Shown here: piece after piece, positions 1 through 11,454 of the stretch
Layout of the letters: every line of letters starts with the position of its first letter
How positions within the stretch are numbered: position 1 is the stretch's first letter
Origin: an uncultured Planctomycetia bacterium
GTDB lineage: Bacteria > Omnitrophota > Gorgyraeia > Duberdicusellales > 4484-171
Length of the DNA stretch: 32,000 bases
Direction: 5' to 3'
NCBI GenBank assembly: GCA_964536865.1
Contig: CAZHYN010000017.1
Span: 1-32,000, forward strand
Position numbers and translations under genes: made by a program
The notes under the pieces: generated by a model
Database searches by the model: none
What the model was told of the DNA's origin: nothing
The model's input: the letters and a program-made list of their open reading frames with translations, nothing else

Positions 1-72
1 TTAATATGGGAATAGGTGGTTATAGGTTTTATGAATTTACACAATTTTATTGACAGTACCAATTTCTCTTAC

Positions 73-2691
73 TTACTTCAAAGGTAGAGAAATTGTTGCC
101 TTAGTCCCTTTACCAAGAGTGCTTTCAAATTGTAAATCTCCATTATGTGCTTTGATAATTCCGTAACATAAAGAAAGACCTAAACCCGTACCTTGCTCCT
201 TAGTAGTAAAAAACGGTTCAAAGAGTTTTGCCAATACATCCTCAGACATACCTTCTCCAGTGTCAGCAACTACTATCTTAATCATATCTCCTTCACGAAA
301 AGTAGAAATGGTGATTGTACCTCCTCCTCTCATAGCATCATAGGAATTTTTTAGAAGATTCATAATTACTTCCTGAATCTGCTTCTCATCGACCTTTACT
401 TCAGGAAGAGATTTATATTTCTTAACTATCTTTACATTTCTTAAGAAAAATTGGTGTTCTACTAACTCTACTACTCCTTCAATACATCTATTGATATCTA
501 CCTCTTTCACTACTCCTTTACTAGGTCTAGAGAAAAGAAGGAGGCGCTGAATAATATCCTTGGCCCGTAAACTCTGTTCTACAATAATCCTTAAAGCTTT
601 CTCTACTTCCCTGTTCTTTATTTCCTCCATAAGAGCAAGCTGAGCTCTCCCAGAGATAATCATCAAAGGGTTATTTACTTCGTGGGCCATATCAGAAACT
701 AATTCTCCTAAACGAGCAAGACGCTGAGCCTGCTCTACCTTCTTCTTTTCAGTAATGTCATAGCCAAAAAGAATTAAACCTAAAACAGACTCTTGAGTAC
801 CTCTCAACACACTACTATCCCAAGAAATTTCCAACTCTCCCTTCTCTCTATTCAAGAGAGGTGCCCGGAAATCTCTAAACGTTTTTCCTACTAAAGCTTG
901 CTTAAAAGCTTTCCTTACTTGATCTTGAAAAGAAGAAGGAACAAAAATGTCACACCAATTCTTTCCTAAAATCTCTTCCCTAGAGTATCCTGTAAGATTC
1001 TCTAAGAACCTATTGATAGTAAGAATATTCCCTTCTTTATCTACAACCAGAATTATACTATGGGCATTTTCTATAATATTCTCAATAAGAGAGGCTCTCT
1101 TCTGCAATTCTTTCTCCATTCGTTTCTCTTCGGTAACATCTTCGACTACTATAATCGCCTTCTCTTCATTATCTTCCTTTAAAGGAATACCAATAAAATT
1201 CCTTACTGTAGTCTTGCCTTTTAAAGAAGTATACTCTAAAGGGCCAACCTTGAAGTAACTACCGCCTAAACACTCTCTTATTTTTTTATCCAAACCTATC
1301 CTTTTATATCCTTCTAGATTGAATACATCTAAATCCATAAAAGCTTCTCTTGTATCACCAGAGATATCTAGCATCGCTTGATTAGCATATTCAACTTTTC
1401 CTGCTTTATTCACAATGTAAATACCAAAGGAGGCTCTATCTAAGATATTCTTACTCATCTGGTAAGCCTTTATGAGTTTCTCTTGAGCAAACCTTCTCTC
1501 TTCTTCATTCTGAAATGCTCGAGAAAGAATAGCAGTTATATATAGTTGAAAAGGAGTAAACTCCCTTCTCTCTTTAAAAAAAGCACAAAGCACTCCTCTA
1601 AATACTCTTCCCACACTTACAAAGGTACCCAAATAGGTCTTTACTCCCATATTTTTTATCAGCTCATTGTCGCGATAAGGAGAATTTTCTATATCAACTA
1701 CTAAAGGATAATTAGCTTTTTTGACCACAATCTCACTACAAGGATTGCCTTCTTTAGGATAAACCAAAGGAAAATTAGGAGGGAGATTTGCTCCTTCTAT
1801 TACTTTAAATCCATATTTCTCTTCTCTACTCCACACACAAATACACTTTCCTATAATTTTCTGAAAAGTATGTAAAAGTTTTTGAATATTCTCTCGAGGG
1901 TCGGCACCCAACTCTAAGAGAGCACCATTAACCTCATTTAAAATATTCTCCTCTGCTTTTCTCTCGGTTATATCAAAAGCTATCTCCATACGTACTAGTC
2001 TTCCATCAGGCCAAGGAATAGCTTGATCTCGGCAAGAATACCACCGTTTCGTTTTTGTATTTTGAAAATCCCAAACTACCACTCCGGTAGGATTTCCTTG
2101 AGAATCGATTAGCTTGAAATTAGTACAAAAGGAACAAGGACCATCTTGAGCTTCTTGAAGTACCTTGTAACATTTCTCTCCTACTACATCTCCAAATAAC
2201 TCTTTTAGCTTCTCGTTAGCATAAAGTATTTCATAAGTCTGCATATCTGATACATAGATGTAAGCATCTAATCCTCTAAGCACTGCTTCAAAACGGAGGT
2301 TACTCAAACGAATAGCCTCTTCTACCCTTCTCCTTTCTTCAAGAATTCGCCATATGAACTTTGCACTCGCCCCATCTATTACTGTTATGCCTCTGTTTCT
2401 TACTTCACTTTCTAGAAGAGTCTGAACACTAACCTTCCCTGTAACATTAAAAATGATATCTATATCCTCTTTTATGAAAGTATTCCAGTGAGAGCTAAAC
2501 CTAATCCCCAAAGATTTAGCCAACTTTACTGCTGAGGCATTCTCATCTATATCTACCAAACCCACTATCTCAATAAGAGGATCGGTAGAAAAAATATCTA
2601 AAAGAGCTTTTCCTCCTTTTCCTCCACCTACAATGAGGATCTTTTCTTTTCTGTTTGTTTGGGTATTTCTATTCCTCGAAGATATCATCAA
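73..2691 (-). CDS. Soluble multidomain sensor histidine kinase (Rossmann-like N-terminal module, Cys-motif PAS, GAF-like region, two PAS domains, HisKA, HATPase_c)
   Basis: 872-aa ORF. The N-terminus has [14 protein letters not shown], a glycine-rich dinucleotide-fold-like motif. PAS-like blocks end in [14 protein letters not shown] and GYDITEKK. The H-box is [11 protein letters not shown]. The N, G1 and G2 boxes are [16 protein letters not shown] and GTGLGLS. No hydrophobic transmembrane segment is visible. The start is TTG 2691 or ATG 2688 and overlaps the end of the upstream receiver gene. Confidence 0.9.
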   Translation of the reverse strand: MMISSRNRNTQTNRKEKILIVGGGKGGKALLDIFSTDPLIEIVGLVDIDENASAVKLAKSLGIRFSSHWNTFIKEDIDIIFNVTGKVSVQTLLESEVRNRGITVIDGASAKFIWRILEERRRVEEAIRLSNLRFEAVLRGLDAYIYVSDMQTYEILYANEKLKELFGDVVGEKCYKVLQEAQDGPCSFCTNFKLIDSQGNPTGVVVWDFQNTKTKRWYSCRDQAIPWPDGRLVRMEIAFDITERKAEENILNEVNGALLELGADPRENIQKLLHTFQKIIGKCICVWSREEKYGFKVIEGANLPPNFPLVYPKEGNPCSEIVVKKANYPLVVDIENSPYRDNELIKNMGVKTYLGTFVSVGRVFRGVLCAFFKERREFTPFQLYITAILSRAFQNEEERRFAQEKLIKAYQMSKNILDRASFGIYIVNKAGKVEYANQAMLDISGDTREAFMDLDVFNLEGYKRIGLDKKIRECLGGSYFKVGPLEYTSLKGKTTVRNFIGIPLKEDNEEKAIIVVEDVTEEKRMEKELQKRASLIENIIENAHSIILVVDKEGNILTINRFLENLTGYSREEILGKNWCDIFVPSSFQDQVRKAFKQALVGKTFRDFRAPLLNREKGELEISWDSSVLRGTQESVLGLILFGYDITEKKKVEQAQRLARLGELVSDMAHEVNNPLMIISGRAQLALMEEIKNREVEKALRIIVEQSLRAKDIIQRLLLFSRPSKGVVKEVDINRCIEGVVELVEHQFFLRNVKIVKKYKSLPEVKVDEKQIQEVIMNLLKNSYDAMRGGGTITISTFREGDMIKIVVADTGEGMSEDVLAKLFEPFFTTKEQGTGLGLSLCYGIIKAHNGDLQFESTLGKGTKATISLPLK

Positions 2692-3037
2692 TTTTTCTCA
2701 CTACTTCCTCTAATCTTACTGGCTTTACTAAAAAGTTTTTCTCACTATAACCTAACTGTCTTAGCTTCTGAGTATAGCTTCTCAAATCTAAAGACCCACT
2801 CATGATTAGAACTTGGGGATTCTTGTGTAACTCCTTAATTATCTTCAAGACCTGGATACCATCGATTTGAGGCATCTTGATATCTAAAAGAATGAGATCT
2901 ACTTCTTGAGTCTTAATGGTATCTATAGCCTCCCTCCCCCCAAATGCTTTTAAAGGAAAGTAACCCTTGAAACTTAGAAACCTAGCTAATATCTCTACGA
3001 TTTCTGGCTCATCATCTACGATAAGAATCCTCTTCAC
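2669..3037 (-). CDS. Stand-alone response regulator receiver (CheY-like) protein
   Basis: 122-aa ORF with ILIVDDE, the phospho-acceptor context LILLDIKMP, and a conserved Lys context (LVKP). It has no output domain. The start is GTG, preceded by GGGGAG. It overlaps the kinase gene by 23 nt. Confidence 0.88.
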   Translation of the reverse strand: MKRILIVDDEPEIVEILARFLSFKGYFPLKAFGGREAIDTIKTQEVDLILLDIKMPQIDGIQVLKIIKELHKNPQVLIMSGSLDLRSYTQKLRQLGYSEKNFLVKPVRLEEVVRKIDDIFEE

Positions 3038-3177
3038 TTACTCCCCTTTTCTAAGGTTATTATATCACAAAGAGTTAGCGATAGACAACAAAAACATTAC
3101 CCCCAAGATAAATAGATAAAAAGAAGCTAAATTGCGCAGGTAAGGAGTGGTACTCTTTATAAGAAAAGTGATTCTAT

Positions 3178-3816
3178 TTAATCCCCAAGAGAAAAAACTA
3201 TTGCTATAGCCATAGGGAAAAGAGAGAATAAAGAGAATATCGAAAGAAAGATAATTTTTAAAATAGGAGTTATCTCGGACCAGTTCCATAGAGGGATGAG
3301 AAAACCACTAGCCTCTAAGGCACAACCGAAACCTAAAAGAAACCCCCAAAGAATGTAGCCACCCCATACCTTATAAAGTCTTATGAAACATTTTCCAGAG
3401 AGATTAAAGGCTTTGTTATTAAAAATTAGTATAGCAAATATTATCATCACTAATCCACTTGCTAAGAAGATATACTTTAGAGGAAAAAACTTCTTAAAGT
3501 AAGTTAAAGCAACGTTTCCCAAGAGAGAATAAAAAAATAAAGATAAAAATCTAGAGAAACTAAAAAAGGTAGTGATAAGAAGAATACCTTTAACATTAAA
3601 AGGAGTGTTAATTAAAGTAAAGCTCAAAGGTAAAGCACAACTTGTACACCCCATAGATCCAAAAAGAATACCTAGTATCGCTGCGTTCATTAATGCAGAA
3701 CGGTCAGATATTAGAGGATAATTCTCCAAAGGAAAAGTAAAGAGATATTCTCTTTGGAAATAAATTATAATTAGAGCAAGAAGTAAAGGATAAAGTACTT
3801 CTCTTATTTTCTTCAT
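3178..3816 (-). CDS. Polytopic integral membrane protein, possibly of the DsbD_2/CcdA-like transmembrane family
   Basis: 212-aa ORF that is very hydrophobic, with about 6 predicted transmembrane stretches. Cys pairs lie inside hydrophobic segments (GSMGCTSCALPL and GFGCALEASG). The family assignment is by motif resemblance only. Confidence 0.6.
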   Translation of the reverse strand: MKKIREVLYPLLLALIIIYFQREYLFTFPLENYPLISDRSALMNAAILGILFGSMGCTSCALPLSFTLINTPFNVKGILLITTFFSFSRFLSLFFYSLLGNVALTYFKKFFPLKYIFLASGLVMIIFAILIFNNKAFNLSGKCFIRLYKVWGGYILWGFLLGFGCALEASGFLIPLWNWSEITPILKIIFLSIFSLFSLFPMAIAIVFSLGD

Positions 3817-3849
3817 TTTTTAATTATTCTTACTATTGCTTTCTTCTCT

Positions 3850-4406
3850 CTAAAAAAAATCATTTTTTACTTCAAAACTTTCTTTTAAGAAGTAATCCTT
3901 TAGAAAATCTTCTTCTTTAATTGCTCTTTGTGAGTAAGGAAGTGGTTCTAAGCCTAAACCTAGGAATATCAATCTTTCTAAAGAGTAAGAAGAAATATCT
4001 GTAGAGATAATATCCTTTAAGCTGTACCATTTTTTACTTTTTGGAAAAAAGATTTCAATCTTCCATCCTTTAGATTTCCAGTAAGGAATTTCTAGTTTCA
4101 AAAGAGTATCAGTAAATTCCTCTAGAGCATAAGAGGTATTGATAAAAGAGTGTGTTTTTAAAAAACTTTCAAACTTTGATAACTTCCAGAAAGGGAAATT
4201 AAGAAGAAATCCATGATAACTAAAACTTATGAGAGAATTCCTTACTACAGTGATTTAACTTGCCTTCTAGAATGATGGCATCTTTAGAAATTTTTACTCT
4301 GTTGAGAGGCGAAAAGAAAGGAGAAAAAATTTTAAAAGAGATGTAGACGATAGCTGCCAAAAGGAAAGTTACTTCTATAAAAAAGTATCCTTTTGTATCT
4401 GAACAT
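3850..4406 (-). pseudogene. Membrane-anchored hypothetical protein gene split over three frames (the listed 83-aa ORF at 3850..4101 is only its 3' part)
   Basis: ATG at 4406..4404 lies 4 nt after the suhB-like stop. The coding signal continues in a second frame (…EVTFLLAAIVYISFKIFSPFFSPLNRVKISKDAIILEGKLNHCSKEFSHKF*). It then continues in the frame of the 83-aa ORF, which is open upstream to 4254 but has no start before TTG 4101. The frame junctions coincide with an A6 run (4379-4384) and an A4 run (4222-4225) on the + strand. Confidence 0.5.
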
Positions 4407-4410
4407 TAAC

Positions 4411-5172
4411 TTATAAAGAATCTCTTAAGAGAGCTAAGATCTTGTGATGGATTAACTTATTGGTAGTTAAATATCCTATACTCTGAGGTGTGGGATAGGC
4501 TCCTTCGAAATCGGTAAATTTACCTCCAGCCTCTTGAATCAAACATACCCCTCCCGCGAAATCCCAAGGTCGATCGTGGTACTCAATCGCTCCATCTAAC
4601 TTCCCTTCGGCAATGTAACCTAATACTCTTGCTGAGGAGCCAAACATCCTTATATTAAAGACCTCTTGAGCTAACTTACCTAAAGAATTAAGCATAACTT
4701 TAGGTGAGTACCTTATACTGGAGTCGAAAGAAAAAGAACACTCTTTTAAATTCTCTCGCAAAGAAGTGTAAATTCTTTTACCATTCTTATAACTACCTCC
4801 TCCCTCCTCAGCTACATATAATTCTTGTGAGGAGGGCATATATATTACTCCTAAGATAAATCTTCCCTTAGAAAACACTCCTATAGATACCCCAAAAATA
4901 TCTATATTTCTTATGTAATTATGTGTTCCATCTAAAGGATCTACGATCCAGAGATAATCGCTATCTATATCTTTCCTTTCCCCTTCCTCCGCTAAAATTC
5001 CATGACGAGGAAATTTAATTTTTATCTTCTCCACAATAATCTCCTCTGCTCCCTTATCAATCTCTGTGAATAAGTTCCTATCTCCCTTATAGTGAATCTC
5101 TTTTATCTTACCAAAATTATCTAGTAAAAAATCGCCAGCTTCTTTTACTGCTTCTATTGCTAAATTTACCAC
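4411..5172 (-). CDS. Inositol monophosphatase family protein (SuhB/IMPase-like)
   Basis: 253-aa ORF with the signature WIVDPLDGTHNY, an upstream EE metal-ligand context (ILAEEGE), and a C-terminal WDFAGG motif. Confidence 0.88.
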   Translation of the reverse strand: MVNLAIEAVKEAGDFLLDNFGKIKEIHYKGDRNLFTEIDKGAEEIIVEKIKIKFPRHGILAEEGERKDIDSDYLWIVDPLDGTHNYIRNIDIFGVSIGVFSKGRFILGVIYMPSSQELYVAEEGGGSYKNGKRIYTSLRENLKECSFSFDSSIRYSPKVMLNSLGKLAQEVFNIRMFGSSARVLGYIAEGKLDGAIEYHDRPWDFAGGVCLIQEAGGKFTDFEGAYPTPQSIGYLTTNKLIHHKILALLRDSL

Positions 5173-5789
5173 TTTCTCTCCTTAGGCCTTCCCACAGGCA
5201 TAATTAGCAATGGTTCCTCTTTTATATTTAAAATTCTCTTTACTTTTTCATCATAGAAAGCACCTACCGCAACTGTAGCCAACTTTAAAGCAGTAGCTTC
5301 TAGGTATATGTTCTGGCCCACATATCCCCCTTCCATCCAAACGTACCTTATGCCTCTGTTATCATATCGAGAAGTAGTAATAGAAAAATCAGCAGAGATT
5401 ATGATTAATAAAGGAGCAACTTTTACCCACCTCTGATTGAGAGAAGCTCTTGAAAGTTGAGAACGACTATTACTGGAAGACAATTTAATAAGAGCATGTT
5501 CTTCTGAGTCGTACAGATAAATTCCTTCATCTAAACCATCTACTTCTCCTACTACTATGTAAAGAAAAATAGGATAAAGAGCTCCTGCAGATGGTACAGT
5601 TTTTCTACCCCAGTTATTCCTTCCATATCCTGCCCACAGGAGAGTAGATACCTCCTCCAAGGTTAAAGAGGAAAGTGAGTAATCTCTGATTGACCTTCTG
5701 AGACTTAAAACTTCATTTAAAGAAAACTTACCTTTCTCAGGAGAAGGTAAAGATATCTTTTCTTGAGAGAAGGAAATATTATTCATCAT
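5166..5789 (-). CDS. SagB-type dehydrogenase / nitroreductase-fold family protein
   Basis: 207-aa ORF. RRSIRDYS near the N-terminus, VPSAGALYP, and GQNIYLEATALKLATVAVGAFYD are typical of the nitroreductase/SagB fold. Confidence 0.75.
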   Translation of the reverse strand: MMNNISFSQEKISLPSPEKGKFSLNEVLSLRRSIRDYSLSSLTLEEVSTLLWAGYGRNNWGRKTVPSAGALYPIFLYIVVGEVDGLDEGIYLYDSEEHALIKLSSSNSRSQLSRASLNQRWVKVAPLLIIISADFSITTSRYDNRGIRYVWMEGGYVGQNIYLEATALKLATVAVGAFYDEKVKRILNIKEEPLLIMPVGRPKERKW

Positions 5790-5838
5790 AAAGAATAAAC
5801 AAAAATAGTATTATAGCCTCTCTCACCTTGTACGTTCT

Positions 5839-5867
5839 ATTATAAAAAGATAAGCCTAATTTAACAA
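5839..5867 (-). promoter_or_regulatory. Sigma70-type promoter candidate for the SagB-like/IMPase gene string
   Basis: On the minus strand, TTGTTA (5867..5862), a 17-nt spacer, then TATAAT (5844..5839). It lies immediately downstream of the groEL terminator and about 50 nt upstream of ATG 5789. Confidence 0.45.
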
Positions 5868-5870
5868 GAG

Positions 5871-5910
5871 GAAAATAAAAAACCCTGCACTTCTAAAAAG
5901 AAGCGCAGGG
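5871..5910 (-). terminator. Rho-independent terminator downstream of groEL
   Basis: The minus strand reads CCCTGCGCTTC-TTTTTA-GAAGTGCAGGG followed by TTTTTTATTTTCC. This is an 11-bp GC-rich stem including one G.U pair. On the + strand the same hairpin is followed by a T8 run, so it may be bidirectional. Confidence 0.75.
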
Positions 5911-5929
5911 CTAAAATTTTTTTTAAAGA

Positions 5930-7573
<1,644 letters not shown>

Positions 7574-7580
7574 CTACAAA

Positions 7581-7868
7581 CTACTCTACCACAGCTAGAA
7601 CATCTTCCTCCCTCATAATAAGGTATTCCTGATCGTCTACGGTTATCTCTGTTCCTGAATATTTTCCATATAAAACCCTATCTCCCACTTTCAAGGATAG
7701 AGGAACAACTTTACCATCCTCAGTCCTCCTACCCTCTCCTACAGCAACTATTTCTCCTTCCTGAGGCTTCTCCTTAGCAGTATCAGGGAGAACGATCCCT
7801 CCTTTAGTCCTTTCCTTCTCTTCACAAGGTTTAATTAACACTCTGTCTCCTAAAGGCTTAATCTTCAT
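7581..7868 (-). CDS. groES: Co-chaperonin GroES (Cpn10)
   Basis: [14 protein letters not shown]…GEIVAVGEG…. I prefer ATG 7868 over the track start at 7886 because AAGGAGGTG lies 5-6 nt upstream of 7868. Confidence 0.95.
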   Translation of the reverse strand: MKIKPLGDRVLIKPCEEKERTKGGIVLPDTAKEKPQEGEIVAVGEGRRTEDGKVVPLSLKVGDRVLYGKYSGTEITVDDQEYLIMREEDVLAVVE

Positions 7869-7898
7869 AATCCCACCTCCTTCCATTACTACCTTAAG

Positions 7899-7925
7899 TT
7901 AGCAAACTATTCTTTAGAGTGCTAA
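7899..7925 (-). promoter_or_regulatory. CIRCE operator (HrcA-binding inverted repeat)
   Basis: The minus strand reads TTAGCACTC-TAAAGAATA-GTTTGCTAA. The consensus is TTAGCACTC-N9-GAGTGCTAA. The left arm is perfect, the spacer is 9 nt, and the right arm has 2 mismatches. It sits between the -10 box and groES. Confidence 0.85.
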
Positions 7926-7928
7926 ATT

Positions 7929-7956
7929 ATTTTACTGATGTGGAAAATGTTGTCAA
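7929..7956 (-). promoter_or_regulatory. Sigma70-type promoter of groESL
   Basis: On the minus strand, TTGACA (7956..7951), a 16-nt spacer, then TAAAAT (7934..7929). CIRCE begins 3 nt downstream. A T8A8 tract (7958-7973) immediately upstream resembles an UP element. Confidence 0.7.
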
Positions 7957-8019
7957 GTTTTTTTTAAAAAAAATTTATTTATAACTTAATGAAAATCAAA
8001 AAGATATATAAGGCTAAAT

Positions 8020-8751
8020 TTAGAGAGAAAATAAAACCCTCATTCCTTTAAAAATAAGGTTGGGTTCATAAATATAGGGAAAATTTAATTTCTTTAAGAT
8101 GAGCTTGGCTCCTCCTCCTGTAATGATTATATTATCTTTGCTTATCTTTCCAGATTTAGCTATCCACCTTCGGTACTTTTCTACCCAGCTATTAATTAAT
8201 AAAGCAAAACCTTCGATTATTCCCTTATTAATACTTTGGGAAGTACCTTTGGGTATCTTTCCTGAAACTTTGGGATTTACTTTGACTTTCTTACCAAGGA
8301 GAGCACAACTCCTCAGAGACTTGTAAGCTAACTCTATTCCTGGAAATATAAATCCTCCTAAATATTCTCCTCTCGAAGAAATAAAATCAAAAGTAATTGC
8401 TGTACCAAAATCAATTACCAATTTCGCTTTACCAAAAATTTTTTTAGCAGCGAAAACACACAAAAGACGGTCATTTCCTACTTCCTTAGGATTATACAAA
8501 GAGGAAATAGGAACTTTTACATCCTCACCTATCACAGTTACTTCTTTTGTTTTACCTACTTTCTTAAAGAGCCTTGTAAGGTTGGGGACCACAGAGCAAA
8601 TAATAATTTTTGAAGAAGGAAACCTTTTAAATATTCCCTTAAGTCTTTTTCTATTGAGCTTATAAGTAGGTATTCGGAAATTTTTAACTTCTCTACCACT
8701 CTTTCGTATGGAAAAGTATACAGTAGTATTACCAATATCAACAAAAATCAT
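8020..8751 (-). CDS. coaX: Type III pantothenate kinase
   Basis: 243-aa ORF with MIFVDIGNTTV…, GNDRL, DFGTAITFD and ITGGGA, the ASKHA-fold CoaX motifs. It has a 4-nt overlap with birA. Confidence 0.9.
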   Translation of the reverse strand: MIFVDIGNTTVYFSIRKSGREVKNFRIPTYKLNRKRLKGIFKRFPSSKIIICSVVPNLTRLFKKVGKTKEVTVIGEDVKVPISSLYNPKEVGNDRLLCVFAAKKIFGKAKLVIDFGTAITFDFISSRGEYLGGFIFPGIELAYKSLRSCALLGKKVKVNPKVSGKIPKGTSQSINKGIIEGFALLINSWVEKYRRWIAKSGKISKDNIIITGGGAKLILKKLNFPYIYEPNLIFKGMRVLFSL

Positions 8752-9470
8752 CTTAGGTGGATAACTTCTAAAGCGCTAATCTTGGTAAGTTCTCCCTTAT
8801 CGTTTCTAATGACTAAATTACCTTCATCAGTTAGATACAAAGCAATACCCCTAATTGACTTGCTATCTATAGAAACTTCCACTTCTCTATGGAGAGTTTC
8901 CATATAGATTTCTAACTCCTTAATTATATCTTTAATGTTTCCTTTTTTAAAGGAGCGATAAAGAATAAGAAAATTAGATAGTACTGCTTTTAGTATGGAC
9001 TCTATAGGATAAAGCTTGCCTGTCTCTATAAAAAGGGAGGTAGTATTTTCAGGTAATTCTGATCTTTTTGAATTTATATTAACTCCTAAACCCAAGATAA
9101 CAAAATCTATTTTTTTATAAGAAACTTTACTCTGAGAAAGCAAACCCCCAATCTTTTTACCTCTCACCAGCAGGTCATTGGGCCACTTTATGGTTAAGGG
9201 AACTATGTCTTTGAGAGCCCTTATTACCGAAAGAGCACCTACTAAAGGCAATAAAGAAAACTTCGAAGTAATTGGGGGACGAAGCAATAAAGAAGTGTAG
9301 ATTCCTTTATCTTTAGGGGAGGCCCATTTTCGATTAAATCTTCCTCTTCCATGGGTTTGCTGGCGTGCTATTACTACAACGACCTCTCTTTCTCCCTTCT
9401 CACCAAGAGAGAAAGCAACGTCATTAGTAGAAGAAACCTTATCTAAATGAATAAGTTTTACTCTCACCAT
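8748..9470 (-). CDS. birA: Biotin--[acetyl-CoA-carboxylase] ligase, group I (no N-terminal HTH)
   Basis: 240-aa ORF with QQTHGRGRFNRKWASP (GRGRxxRxW motif) and KWPNDL. At this length there is no room for a repressor HTH domain. Confidence 0.9.
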   Translation of the reverse strand: MVRVKLIHLDKVSSTNDVAFSLGEKGEREVVVVIARQQTHGRGRFNRKWASPKDKGIYTSLLLRPPITSKFSLLPLVGALSVIRALKDIVPLTIKWPNDLLVRGKKIGGLLSQSKVSYKKIDFVILGLGVNINSKRSELPENTTSLFIETGKLYPIESILKAVLSNFLILYRSFKKGNIKDIIKELEIYMETLHREVEVSIDSKSIRGIALYLTDEGNLVIRNDKGELTKISALEVIHLR

Positions 9471-9474
9471 CTTA

Positions 9475-11454
9475 TCATTTACCTTTTTTAAGAACTTCTT
9501 TAAGTTCCCCTATTCTATCTCTTATCTGAGCAGCTTTTTCGAACTGTAAATTCTTAGCAGCAATAAACATCTCTCTTTCTAAATAAGCAATTGCTTCTAT
9601 AATCTCTAACTCTTTCTCTTTAAAATCTAATCGCTCTTTTAACTTTTCTTCTTCACTCAGATATACTTCTATTCCTTCTCTTATAGCCTTCTCCACAGTT
9701 TTCGGAGTAATATTATGTCTACGATTATACTCTAACTGAATTTTTCTTCTTCTCTCACTCTCCTGAATCGCTTTTCTCATAGAATCAGTTACTGTATCTG
9801 CATACATTAATACCTTCCCATTTATATTTCTTGCACATCGTCCGGCAATTTGAATTAAGCTAGTTGTGGAACGTAAAAACCCTTCTCTGTCAGCATCTAA
9901 AATCGCTACTAAAGAGACTTCAGGAAGATCCAAACCTTCTCTAAGAAGATTTATACCTACAAGACAATCAAATTTTTTGCTCCGTAAGTCTTTTAATATT
10001 CTAGCCCTTTGAAGAGTATCTATCTCAGAGTGAATATAGGTAACCTTTATACCTTCTTCCCTTAAGAAAGATGCCAACTCTTCTGCCATTCTTTTAGTAA
10101 GCGTGGTAACCAATGTTCTTTCTCGCCGAGAAACTCTCTTTCGTATCTCCCCCATCAAATCATCTATCTGATTCTTGGTAGATCTTACCTCAATTTCTGG
10201 ATCAACCAAACCTGTGGGTCTTATAACCTGTTCCACTACTGTTCCTCCTGATAACTCTATCTCGAAAGAGGAGGGAGTAGCGGAAACAAAAATAACCTGG
10301 TTTATAAGCTCCATAAATTCATCAAATCTTAAAGGACGATTATCCAAACAAGAAGGAAGACGAAAACCATACTCTACGAGGGTTTCTTTACGAGACTTAT
10401 CCCCTTCGTACATCCCTCTTAATTGAGGAATAGTAACATGGCTTTCATCGATAATAACCAGGAAGTCTTGAGGAAAATAATCCAAAAGGCAATAAGGACG
10501 GGATCCTGGAGGTCTACCGCTTAAATGGCGAGAATAGTTCTCTATTCCATGACAGTAACCCATCTCTTTAAGCATCTCCATATCGTAAAGAGTTCTGGTC
10601 CGCAGGCGTTCCATTTCTAAGATTTTACCTATTTTCTTAAAATAGGTTAACCTATCCTCTAACTCCCATTGGATAGTCTTTAAAGCTCTCTCTATCTTAT
10701 CTTGAGGAATGATAAAATGCTTTGAGGGATATATCCCTACTTTATCTAGCTCTGCAATTTTCTTACCTGTCAAAGGATCAAATTCAAAAATCTTATCTAT
10801 AGCATCTCCAAAGAACTCAACCCTTAAAGCCTTCTCTCGATAGGTAGGAAAAATATCTACACTATCACCTCTTACTCTAAAAACTCCTCTTTTAAAATCA
10901 AAGTCATTTCTTTCGTATTGTAGACTAACTAATCTACTCAAGAAAGAATCTAAAGAAGTAGTTTGATTTTTTTGAATATAAAGAATTAACTCCTGGTAAT
11001 CTTGTGGAGAACCTAAATTATAAATACAAGATACTGATGCAACAACAATAACATCTCTTCGAGATACTAAAGAGCTAGTCGTAGAAAGTCTTAATCTATC
11101 CAACCTTTCATTTATGGAAGCATCTTTCTCAATATAAGTATCTGTTTCAGGTATGTAACTTTCTGGTTGATAGTAATCATAGTAACTCACAAAGTACTCT
11201 ACACTATTGTAAGGAAAAAATTCTTTAAACTCTGCATAGAGCTGGCTGGCTAAAGTTTTGTTATGGGAGATAACTAATGTCGGCTTTTTCACTTTCTCTA
11301 TCACACAGGCTAAAGTAAAGGTTTTCCCTGAACCGGTAACACCCAGAAGAGTTTGAAATCTTTTCCCTTTCTTTACTCCCTCTACCAATTTCTCTATTGC
11401 CTGAGGTTGATCCCCAGTAGGTTTAAATTTGCTTACCAATCTAAACTCATTCAT
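9475..11454 (-). CDS. uvrB: Excinuclease ABC subunit B
   Basis: 659-aa ORF with Walker [13 protein letters not shown], helicase motifs, and a C-terminal UVR domain (…[13 protein letters not shown]…). Confidence 0.99.
   Translation of the reverse strand: MNEFRLVSKFKPTGDQPQAIEKLVEGVKKGKRFQTLLGVTGSGKTFTLACVIEKVKKPTLVISHNKTLASQLYAEFKEFFPYNSVEYFVSYYDYYQPESYIPETDTYIEKDASINERLDRLRLSTTSSLVSRRDVIVVASVSCIYNLGSPQDYQELILYIQKNQTTSLDSFLSRLVSLQYERNDFDFKRGVFRVRGDSVDIFPTYREKALRVEFFGDAIDKIFEFDPLTGKKIAELDKVGIYPSKHFIIPQDKIERALKTIQWELEDRLTYFKKIGKILEMERLRTRTLYDMEMLKEMGYCHGIENYSRHLSGRPPGSRPYCLLDYFPQDFLVIIDESHVTIPQLRGMYEGDKSRKETLVEYGFRLPSCLDNRPLRFDEFMELINQVIFVSATPSSFEIELSGGTVVEQVIRPTGLVDPEIEVRSTKNQIDDLMGEIRKRVSRRERTLVTTLTKRMAEELASFLREEGIKVTYIHSEIDTLQRARILKDLRSKKFDCLVGINLLREGLDLPEVSLVAILDADREGFLRSTTSLIQIAGRCARNINGKVLMYADTVTDSMRKAIQESERRRKIQLEYNRRHNITPKTVEKAIREGIEVYLSEEEKLKERLDFKEKELEIIEAIAYLEREMFIAAKNLQFEKAAQIRDRIGELKEVLKKGK

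Noticed and set aside
3065-3289. 74-aa minus-strand ORF overlapping the 3' end of the membrane-protein gene. The same applies to the nested minus-strand ORFs 8556-8744 and 13379-13573.
   Set aside because: These are alternative frames inside or overlapping stronger genes (the membrane protein, coaX and valS). They have no motifs and implausible composition.
5166-5789. Possibility that the SagB-like gene marks a thiazole/oxazole-modified microcin (RiPP) cluster.
   Set aside because: No cyclodehydratase/YcaO, docking protein, precursor peptide or export genes lie within the window. The flanking genes are housekeeping.
7958-7973. T8A8 palindrome considered as a terminator for coaX.
   Set aside because: A pure A/T stem would be very unstable. 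Its position directly upstream of the groES -35 box fits an UP-element-like tract better.
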